DNA of 64,000 nt from Ignavibacteriales bacterium (GTDB taxonomy: Bacteria > Bacteroidota > Ignavibacteria > Ignavibacteriales > Ignavibacteriaceae): assembly GCA_016707585.1 (NCBI GenBank), contig JADJHL010000008.1, positions 433,206 through 497,205 of the forward strand. The letters are read 5' to 3'. This document shows, piece after piece, positions 28,637 to 37,048 of this stretch (position 1 is the stretch's first letter; each line of letters begins with the position of its first letter). Position numbers and translations under genes: made by a program. The notes below the pieces were generated by a model. It was given only the letters and a program-made list of their open reading frames with translations. It had not been told where the DNA came from and ran no database searches.

Positions 28637-30853
28637 ATGAAATTTATTTTTTATTCACTTTTAATTCTGCTTTTGCATTCAAATAATTTTTCGCAGAGTT
28701 TAAAAGGAAAAGTTTATGAACTTGATGATAAAGGTGAGAAAATTCCGCTTATTGGAACAAATGTCTTCTGGGAAGGAACTCAGGTTGGAACAATCACAGA
28801 TGAAGAGGGATTTTTCTATTTGCAGAAAATTGATTCAGATCATCTTCATTTAGTTGTAAGTTATATTGGATACGAGCCAGTCGATATGGAGATTCCGACA
28901 GATCTTGATACGATAGAAATAATTTTATCAATCAACCGAGAGTTAAAAGAAATTGTAGTTACAGGCACATCACTCTCAAAATTTATTGATGAACTTGACG
29001 CAAAACAAACCGAAGTAATCACATCCAAAGAATTATTAAAAGCTGCGTGTTGTAATCTTTCAGAAAGTTTTACAACCAATGCTTCTGTTGATGTACAGTT
29101 TCAGGATGCGGTTACCGGTGCAAAACAAATTCAATTACTCGGTTTATCAGGTTTATACACTCAAATGCTTTTTGAAAACATTCCAACTTTAAAAGGATTG
29201 GGAAGTACTTTTGGTTTAGGATACATTCCTGGTCCGTGGATGACTTCAATAAGTATTTCTAAAGGTGCTGCTTCAGTTGTTAATGGATATGAATCTATAA
29301 CCGGACAGATAAATCTTGAGTATAAAAAACCTGATGATCTTGAAAGATTTTATTTTAATGCTTTTCAAAGTTCGCACTTTAAAACTGATTTGAATGCAAA
29401 TGCTGCAACTCATCTTAATGAAAATTTAAGCACTATGTTACTTGCTCATGCGGATTTTGATCAAAAGGCGTTAGATGATAATCATGATATGTTCAAAGAT
29501 CAACCAAGCGTAAAACAGTTTAGTTTGATTAACCGTTGGAAGTATCAATCATTTAAAGGTTATGAATCACAATTTGGTGTACAGATTCTGAATGAAGAAC
29601 GAAGAGGCGGACAAATGCCGGATACATATTCAGGTTCTATTGGTCACGATGATCACAGATATGAAATGAATATCGATACAAAAAGATACGAAGTGTTTGC
29701 AAAAAATGGTTATGTATTTGATGATGATGCCTATACAAGTGTTGGATTAATTCTTAATGCACAATGGCACAATCAAAAATCTTTGGTTGGATTAAGACAA
29801 TATAATGGTAATCAAAAAACATTTTATGCTAATCTTCTTTTTCAAACTAAAACTGAAGATGATATTCATAATGTAACTGTTGGAGGAAGTTTTGCGTTAG
29901 ATAAGTATGATGAATCATTTGATGGAATAAAATATAGTAGAAATGAATCACGTCCTGGAATATTTGCAGAGTACACTTATTCGCCATCAAATGTTTTAAC
30001 AATTGTTCCTGGAATTAGATTTGATTTCCATAATCTATTCGGCACTTTTTTTACTCCACGATTACACATAAAATATAATCTTGATGAGAACACTACAATT
30101 AGAGCATCAGCAGGAAAAGGATTTAGATCCGTAAATCTTTTTGCGGAAAATTTAAATTACCTTGCAAGTTCTCGTGAGTTTGTAATTGTTGATAAACCCA
30201 CTTATGAAGAAGCCTGGAATTATGGATTGAATCTAACAAGATATTTTTCTATTAACGACCGTGATTTAAGATTAACTGTTGAGTATTACAGAACAGATTT
30301 CTTAAAGCAGACAGTTGTTGATGTTTATTCTGATGTTAGAAAAGTAAGCTTTTATAATTTGAATGGAGAATCTTTTTCCAACAACTATCAGATTGAATTA
30401 ACATATCAACCAATTGATCGATTTGATGTTTCTGCTGCTTTTAGATATACAGATGTTAAATCAAATTATGGTAAACAGCTTTTGATAAAACCATTATCAA
30501 GTAATTATAAAGGATTGTTAACTCTTTCATATTCAACATTAGAAAGTGGCTGGTTATTCGATTCATCATTTTTATTAAATGGTGGTGGAAAAATTCCGAG
30601 TACAGAACAAAATCCAATTGAATATAAGAGAGAAGAAAATTTTCCTGCTTACTTAACTGTTAATGCGCAGATAACAAAAAAAATAGAAATGGTGGATGTT
30701 TATCTTGGAGTTGAGAATCTTACAAACTATAAACAAAATAACCCTGTAATTGCGGCCGATGATCCGTTTAGTGATTACTTTGATGCTTCAATGATTTGGG
30801 GCCCGATTGATGGAACTAAGTTTTATTTAGGTGTTAGATTAAGTGTTTTATAA
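28637..30853 (+). CDS. TonB-dependent receptor with N-terminal carboxypeptidase-regulatory-like domain
   Basis: 738 aa with a signal peptide, a CarbopepD_reg-like start (LKGKVYELDDKGEKIPLIGTNV), a plug domain, and a long beta-barrel with C-terminal FYLGVRLSVL. Confidence 0.9.
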   Translation: MKFIFYSLLILLLHSNNFSQSLKGKVYELDDKGEKIPLIGTNVFWEGTQVGTITDEEGFFYLQKIDSDHLHLVVSYIGYEPVDMEIPTDLDTIEIILSINRELKEIVVTGTSLSKFIDELDAKQTEVITSKELLKAACCNLSESFTTNASVDVQFQDAVTGAKQIQLLGLSGLYTQMLFENIPTLKGLGSTFGLGYIPGPWMTSISISKGAASVVNGYESITGQINLEYKKPDDLERFYFNAFQSSHFKTDLNANAATHLNENLSTMLLAHADFDQKALDDNHDMFKDQPSVKQFSLINRWKYQSFKGYESQFGVQILNEERRGGQMPDTYSGSIGHDDHRYEMNIDTKRYEVFAKNGYVFDDDAYTSVGLILNAQWHNQKSLVGLRQYNGNQKTFYANLLFQTKTEDDIHNVTVGGSFALDKYDESFDGIKYSRNESRPGIFAEYTYSPSNVLTIVPGIRFDFHNLFGTFFTPRLHIKYNLDENTTIRASAGKGFRSVNLFAENLNYLASSREFVIVDKPTYEEAWNYGLNLTRYFSINDRDLRLTVEYYRTDFLKQTVVDVYSDVRKVSFYNLNGESFSNNYQIELTYQPIDRFDVSAAFRYTDVKSNYGKQLLIKPLSSNYKGLLTLSYSTLESGWLFDSSFLLNGGGKIPSTEQNPIEYKREENFPAYLTVNAQITKKIEMVDVYLGVENLTNYKQNNPVIAADDPFSDYFDASMIWGPIDGTKFYLGVRLSVL

Positions 30854-30902
30854 TTAATAATTGTCATTACGAGGGCTTACATAAAAAAAAAAGAAGAAAA
30901 AA

Positions 30903-31232
30903 ATGTTAAAACAATTTATGTTCGTTCTTGCAGTTGTGTTTCTTATTAATGTAACTAGTTTTGCACAAGATAGCACAAATAATGGATTAAAAGACCCGCA
31001 TAATAGTGTTGTAAAAGTTGATGATAGCAAAGACAACGTTTCAAAAGAACCTTGGAATAAAGTTTGCCCGGTTAAAGGAAATCCGATTGAAGCAGGTTCA
31101 CCTACGGTTGAGTACAATGGAAAAGTTTATGCATTCTGCTGTCCTGGTTGTGATACAAAATTTGCAAAGAATCCTGAAAAATATTCTAAAAACTTGAGTG
31201 ATGATGGAAAGAAATTTGTAGGCAAAAAGTAA
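30903..31232 (+). CDS. YHS/TRASH-domain metal-binding protein (secreted)
   Basis: Signal peptide, then VCPVKGNPI...YNGKVYAFCCPGCDTKFAKNPEKY. Confidence 0.8.
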   Translation: MLKQFMFVLAVVFLINVTSFAQDSTNNGLKDPHNSVVKVDDSKDNVSKEPWNKVCPVKGNPIEAGSPTVEYNGKVYAFCCPGCDTKFAKNPEKYSKNLSDDGKKFVGKK

Positions 31233-31241
31233 ATTAAATTT

Positions 31242-31275
31242 AAGATGACATCTTTAATAAAGGTGTCATCTTTTG
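31242..31275 (+). terminator. rho-independent terminator sharing its stem sequence with 27799-27827
   Basis: aagatgacatcttt-aataa-aaaggtgtcatctt, followed by TTTT. Confidence 0.6.
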
Positions 31276-31424
31276 TAATAAAAAATTTAATTAAAATATT
31301 TCCCGTTTATCTCGATAATAGGAATAAATACAATTTGACAATAATCACGCACTGATTTTGATAATTGAATTTTCAACTTGATTTGTTTATTTATGATATA
31401 GTTTCAAAACGATAATGATATAAA

Positions 31425-31911
31425 ATGATTAATAAAGAAAAATTAGAGTTAGCTTCAGAATATTTTAATAAAGCATATCAGCTTCATATGAGCGGCAATA
31501 TTAGAGATGCAATTGAAGCTTATAAAACTTCAATAGGATTTTATCCTACACCAAAAGCACACACTTTTTTTAGGCTGGGCCTTTAGTCTTAACGGAAACT
31601 TTGATGAAGCAATTGAAGAATGCAAAATTGCAATTGATTTAGATCCAGATTATGGAAATCCATATAATGATATTGGCTCGTATCTTATCAACCAGGAAAA
31701 TTATGATGAGGCAGTATATTGGCTAGAAAAAGCAATTGAAGCACCTGACTATGAACCAAGACATTTTCCGTATTACAATCTTGGTAGAATATATGAGAAA
31801 AAGGGTTCTTGGTATTCCGCATTAAAAAGTTACGCAGATGCATTAAAATATAATCCCGATTATGAGCTTGCAAGAAATGCTTTTGTTAGATTAACTGCAA
31901 TGATGAATTAA
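31425..31911 (+). CDS. TPR-repeat protein (apparent 1-nt insertion in a T7 run)
   Basis: ATG 31425 gives MINKEKLELASEYFNKAYQLHMSGNIRDAIEAYKTSIGFYPTPKAHTF. After the T7 run at 31565-31571 the +1 frame continues LGWAFSLNGNFDEAIEECKIAIDLDPDYGNPYNDIGSYL...ALKYNPDYELARNAFVRLTAMMN. It is missing from the ORF track because of the shift. Confidence 0.65.
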
Positions 31912-32022
31912 GTTTTATATAATATAACTGATATTCCAATTGTAAAACTATCCTGCGATTGTTAAATTGCTTTCCAGATAATCGAAATTTTTAACAACCT
32001 GATAAATCCAATCCGAGAAAAA

Positions 32023-32493
32023 ATGAAAGTTAGCGAACTATTAAAACCAGAATTTGTAATCCCTGAATTAAAAGGGGAAACAAAAGAAGATATAATAAAT
32101 GAATTGATCGATTTGTTTAAAAATGATCCGCGTATAGAGGATATTGAAAAAGTACGATCTTCTGTTCTTGACAGAGAAAAAGTTATGTCAACGGGAGTTG
32201 GAAAAGGTTTTGCAATTCCACACGGAAAAACAAATGCAGTTAAAGAAATTGTAGGTGCTTTTGGTAAGATTAAGGAAGGAATTGATTACGATGCACTTGA
32301 TGGTAATCCGGTTCATCTAGTTTTTCTTCTGGTAGGAAAAGATAATTTAATTAGTACGCACATAAAATTGTTAAGCAGAATTTCTCGTTTGATGAACAAA
32401 GATGATTTTAGACATCGTCTTACAGAAGCAAATAGTTCTGATGAAATTGTAAAACTTTTTACTGAAGAAGAAGAACACTTTTTAGAACTTTAA
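32023..32493 (+). CDS. ptsN: PTS EIIA-Ntr type nitrogen regulatory protein
   Basis: 156 aa with GKGFAIPHGK (phospho-His context) and a PTS_EIIA_2 pattern. Confidence 0.8.
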   Translation: MKVSELLKPEFVIPELKGETKEDIINELIDLFKNDPRIEDIEKVRSSVLDREKVMSTGVGKGFAIPHGKTNAVKEIVGAFGKIKEGIDYDALDGNPVHLVFLLVGKDNLISTHIKLLSRISRLMNKDDFRHRLTEANSSDEIVKLFTEEEEHFLEL

Positions 32494-32505
32494 TCTTTTA
32501 CGATT

Positions 32506-32570
32506 GTCAATCCGAATTTATTTCGGAATCTTCTTAGTTATGAAAGAACCTGAAACAAGTTCGGGTTAAC
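32506..32570. repeat. GTCAA...TTAAC-bounded intergenic palindromic element (two-hairpin subtype)
   Basis: gtca-atccgaa-ttta-tttcggaat-c, then aacctgaa-acaa-gttcgggtt-aac. Confidence 0.6.
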
Positions 32571-32604
32571 AAACACAAATCAAAACTCATTAAACTATTA
32601 TATA

Positions 32605-33854
32605 ATGATCAAAGCAATAACAGGAACAAAAGATATTTTGCCAGTTGATATTTCAAAATGGCATTACTTAGAAAAACTGCTTAGAGAAACATTTCAATTT
32701 TTTAATTATAAAGAAATTCGCACTCCAATTTTTGAAGAAACAGCATTATTTGCTCGTGGTATTGGTGAAGAAACTGATATTGTTAGTAAAGAGATGTACA
32801 CTTTTAAAGATAGAAGTGAAACAAGTATTACTTTGCGTCCTGAAAATACAGCCGGAGTTGTAAGATCATTTATTGAACAATCACTAGGTGCACAGCAATC
32901 TTTAAACAAATTATATTACATTGGACCGATGTTCAGGCAGGAAAGACCGCAAGCTGGAAGACTAAGACAATTTCATCAGTTTGGTGCAGAAGTTTTAGGA
33001 AGTACATCTCCTTTACTTGATGCCGAGATGATTCAGGTTGCTTATCATATCTTAAAAAATCTCGGATTAAAAAATTTAGTTGTAAAGATAAATTCACTTG
33101 GAATTCCTGAAGTAAGAGAAAACTATAAAAATATTCTTCGTGATTATTTGAAAGACAAAAAAGATAATCTATCCGAAGAAAGCAGAAAAAGATTTGAAAC
33201 AAATATCTTAAGAATTTTTGATAGCAAAATTGAAGTTGATCAAACGATAATGAAAAATGCTCCGTTGCTGATTGACTATCTTGATGAAGAAAGTAAAAAT
33301 GATTTTGAAGTTGTAAAAAATTATTTAGCAAAAGTAGGAATTCCATTTGAAGTTGATCCAGCACTTGTGCGCGGATTGGATTACTACACAAAAACTACTT
33401 TTGAAATTGTTAGTGGAAGTGTTGGGGCGCAAAGTGCCTTATGCGGCGGCGGCAGATATGATTTGTTAGTTGAAGAACTTGGTGGAAAAGCTACTCCCGG
33501 TGTTGGCTTTGCTGCAGGAATGGAAAGAATTTTACTGGCTTGTGAAAACGAAAAATCTTTAAACTTACCTCAAGATTCAATTGATGTTTATTTAATTAGA
33601 GTTGATTCAAAAGAACCCTTGAAATGTGAATCTTAATCTTGAACTTGAATTATTATCAAATATCATCAAACTTCAGACAAGAAAAATTTTCTTGTGATTA
33701 TGATTATCTAAACAGGAGCATTAAGGCACAAATGCGAGAAGCAAATAAATTTAATGCAAAGTATGTTGTGTTTATTGGTGGTGATGAATTTAATCGTGGC
33801 GAACTTAATGTTAAGAATTTATCTAATGGTGAACAGCAATTAATTAAATATTGA
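32605..33854 (+). CDS. hisS: histidine--tRNA ligase (interrupted by at least one frameshift near 33620-33680)
   Basis: The catalytic core sits in 32605..33636, with class II motifs (YYIGPMFRQERPQAGRLRQFHQ, GGGRYDLL, GFAAGMERI). The anticodon-binding domain sits in 33639..33854 (SIKAQMREANKFNAKYVVFIGGDEF). Confidence 0.9.
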
Positions 33855-33912
33855 AGATTTTGAAAAACTAAAATCGATAATTAAAAGTTAATGGCTTTAA
33901 AGAAACCAAAAG

Positions 33913-34416
33913 ATGTTCCGGAAATTCCAAAGTCACGGGGAAAAATCTATTGATAAACTTAAAAAAGCTACTCCTGCAAAAAAGAAAACCGAAATTGAGT
34001 TTAACTGTAAAATATATTTTCATAAAGATGGATCAAACGGTAAACAGAAATATCGTTTTGAAGTAGAAACAACAAAAGTATTTTCATTTCTTAATTATAA
34101 AATTACCGCACAGGCACGCAAAGAAAAGAAGGTTATTGATATTAGTTTACTTGGTTTAACAGCGATGAATGATTACGTTGCAAAAGTTCAACCCGCAAAT
34201 GTTGAAATTGATTTTGAAGAATTATTTGGTGAGTTTACTATTAATCTAATTAAACAGGATGGTAGCATAAACAGCGCACTTGTAAACTTTAACATCTATA
34301 AAAAAGAAATTGAATTTATAAAAGAGTTTTTACCAGAGAAAAAAAACAACAGTAAATTCTGTACATTTGAAATCAGTAAAGATCAATTCACATACTCAAA
34401 GGAATACAACAAGTGA
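33913..34416 (+). CDS. hypothetical protein
   Basis: 167 aa, lysine-rich N-terminus, no family recognised. A 20-codon ORF from ATG 33891 (MALKKPKDVPEIPKSR...) would fuse to it if the G4/A5 run at 33937-33945 has one base too many. Confidence 0.45.
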   Translation: MFRKFQSHGEKSIDKLKKATPAKKKTEIEFNCKIYFHKDGSNGKQKYRFEVETTKVFSFLNYKITAQARKEKKVIDISLLGLTAMNDYVAKVQPANVEIDFEELFGEFTINLIKQDGSINSALVNFNIYKKEIEFIKEFLPEKKNNSKFCTFEISKDQFTYSKEYNK

Positions 34417-35141
34417 GTTTAATCATTGGAAGAAAACCTGTTTTAGAAGCGCTTAACTCTGATGAAGAAATTTCACAAGTATTTATTTTATTTGGGCAAG
34501 AAGGCGGAATAATTGAAGCGATTCGTGTTGCTGCAAAGAAAAAGGGTATAAAAGTAAATCAAGTTCCGTTTGAAAAATTTAGATTGATAACACAAAACAA
34601 AATTGCGCAAGGCGTTGCAGCATCAAAATCTGAGCAGAAACTTTATGAACTTTACGATATTATAAACGAATCAAAAAAATCTCAATATCCTCTTTTATTA
34701 ATTTTAGATTCGATTCAGGATACACACAATGTTGGTGCAATACTACGTAGTGCTGATTGCAGCGGAGTTGATGGCATTCTGATAACAAAACATAACTCAG
34801 CACCAATAAATGAAACTGTTGTTAAAACATCTGCAGGTGCAAGTGAACATGTAAAGATTGCAATGGTAAATAATCTTGCACAAACAATTGATGAACTTAA
34901 ACAAAAAGGTTTCTGGATTGTTGGATCATATTTAGAAGGTGCAAAAAATTATACAAAAGTTGATTACAAAATTCCAATTGCTTTAATTGTCGGTAACGAA
35001 GAAAAGGGAATTAGAAAACTTACCGCAGATAAATGCGATCATCTTGTTCGCATTCCAATGAGGGGAAAAATCCAATCACTTAACGTTTCGGTTGCAACAG
35101 GTGTACTGCTTTTTGAAATTTTAAGACAGAGAAGTATTTAG
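34413..35141 (+). CDS. rlmB: 23S rRNA (guanosine-2'-O)-methyltransferase, SpoU/TrmH family (RlmB-like)
   Basis: N-terminal SpoU_sub_bind (GRKPVLEAL) and SpoU motifs (LDSIQDTHNVGAILRSA, IVGNEEKGI, IPMRGKIQSLNVSVA). GTG start. Confidence 0.8.
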   Translation: MSLIIGRKPVLEALNSDEEISQVFILFGQEGGIIEAIRVAAKKKGIKVNQVPFEKFRLITQNKIAQGVAASKSEQKLYELYDIINESKKSQYPLLLILDSIQDTHNVGAILRSADCSGVDGILITKHNSAPINETVVKTSAGASEHVKIAMVNNLAQTIDELKQKGFWIVGSYLEGAKNYTKVDYKIPIALIVGNEEKGIRKLTADKCDHLVRIPMRGKIQSLNVSVATGVLLFEILRQRSI

Positions 35142-35200
35142 TTTTCATTGCCTTTCTGATTTTTATTATTTACGTTTGAATAGATTATTTGGGAGGTTCT

Positions 35201-37041
35201 ATGAGAAGGGTAACGTTATTTCTTTTTATTATATTTTCAATCACTTCACTTTATTCTCAACAATTCCATTCGTTGGATGGAATTGAAAGTCCTGCAGGAC
35301 AAACAATTCTAATTTATAGATTAGGCTCCGACCAATATATATACAATCCAATTTATAAGTTTAATGTTCAAAGCAGTTATGAAAAACCGATAATGGATGC
35401 ACATTCAATTTTATATCCCTCCGGGACAGATATAAAATCAATTTGGGACTTTGAGTTTTTTCAAAATGATACTTCAAACTTTATAAATATTGGTGATTTA
35501 ATTTATGTTGATTATGGATCATATATCGCCAAAAATGATTCTGTTAGTTTTTGGTTATTTATGACCATTTTATAAAATCGATATTTCTAAGCAAAATCAA
35601 CAAAATGTATTTGTATTTAATGGTTCATTTCCAATTAGAAGTTGGGACGGCGGCTTAACTTTCCCAATTGATTCTATCGGAGCAATCACAAATTTTGCTC
35701 CATTCGCATTATCTGATTTTGATGATCAAGTAATGTTTGGAGTTGACGAATTTGGAAACTTTGCACGAAATGCTGAAGTCGTTGATACATCAAATTGTAT
35801 GGATTGATCAATTTTTCAAAATGTTGTTTGATGCAAACCAATTTCACATTTACAGGGTTAACAAAACTTACGGCGGATATTCATTAAATGTTTCCAATAA
35901 TAAAGGTAATGCTTTTACCTGGACGAAGACTTATCAAAGTGAAAATCCAATTTATGTTGCAATCGATTCAACACAATCTGGTGTCCTATATCTAGCCGAT
36001 GGAAGAAAAATTTATAAATCTATAAATAATGGATATGATTTTGTACTTTATAAAAGTTTACCAAGTAAACTCGTTGGCATATACAAAAAACCAGATTCAG
36101 AAATTATTTATGCGGCTTCAAAGAGTATGATTTTTAAGATTACTCCCGATTCCATTACAATTATTAAATCTTTTTCATTTCCAGAAGACGAATACAGTTG
36201 GTTTCCGTTAGCAGTTGGAAATAAATGGGTTTATAATCAATATTGGTTTGATGAAGGTTGGCCTGGACCACCAATTGTTACTTTTGTAGGTACAAAAAAT
36301 ATGGAAGTTACAAAGGATACAACAATAGAAAATAAAAAATATTTTGTTGTTGAAAATGAGTACATATCATTTGAAGTATTTCAACCAAGAATGTTTTTAC
36401 GCGTTGATTCAGTAACGGGGTTAATATATCGGTATTGGCAAGAACTTAATGGAGAATATATTTTTCATAATCTAAATCCAGAAATTGGCGATACTATTTT
36501 TCATCCCGCATTTCAAGAAAATCCTTTTTACATTCTTGAAGATGAACAACCAATTAATTATTTAGGAATTGATACATATGAAAGAAGATACTGGGAATAT
36601 CTGCCTTGTAGTTGTTATCATACATTAATAAAAGGGTTCGGTTTAGCGAGAACTTTTTTTAGTGAATTTGGAGGAAGTGAAAGCACTTTAAAAGGTTGTG
36701 TTATTAATGGAGTTCTTTACGGCGATACTACTTTTGTTGTTGATGTTGATGATAAATTAAATCTAATACCAACTGAATATAAACTAGAACAAAACTATCC
36801 AAACCCATTTAATCCAAGTACGAAAATTAGTTATCAGTTACCAGTTTCTGGCAATGTAACATTAAAAGTATTTGATGTACTTGGAAGAGAAGTTGCAACT
36901 TTAGTTGATGAATACAGAGATGCGGGAAGTTACAATTTAGAATTTAGAATTGAGAATTTAGAATTAAGTTCAGGAATTTATTTCTATCAACTTAAAGCAG
37001 GTGAGTTTGTTGAAACTAAAAAAATGTTGTTAATCAAATAG
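35201..37041 (+). CDS. T9SS-sorted secreted protein (reading frame broken twice)
   Basis: Three pieces read as one protein. Piece 1 is 35201..35575 with a signal peptide. Piece 2 has no ATG and reads KIDISKQNQQNVFVFNGSFPIRSWDGGLTFPIDS...VVDTSN. Piece 3 is the track ORF 35737..37041. The junctions lie at the T4 run 35568-35571 and near 35794-35797. It ends in a type-A T9SS C-terminal domain. Confidence 0.6.
36790..37041 (+). repeat. T9SS type-A C-terminal sorting-domain coding repeat, copy 1
   Basis: QNYPNPFNPSTKISYQLPVSGNVTLKVFDVLGREVATLVDEYRDAGSYNLEFRIENLELSSGIYFYQLKAGEFVETKKMLLIK. Confidence 0.85.
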
Positions 37042-37048
37042 GCACAAA

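Noticed and set aside
30881-30903. Purine/A-rich run (ataaaaaaaaaagaagaaaaaaatg) before the YHS gene
   Set aside because: It is probably just an AT-rich translation-initiation region. There is no repeat structure or partner sequence.
32933-33391. 152-aa antisense ORF inside hisS, and similar long antisense ORFs at 56309..56782, 40379..41029 and 19288..19572
   Set aside because: These are shadow ORFs opposite strongly supported genes in AT-rich DNA. Their products are low-complexity and there are no independent signals.
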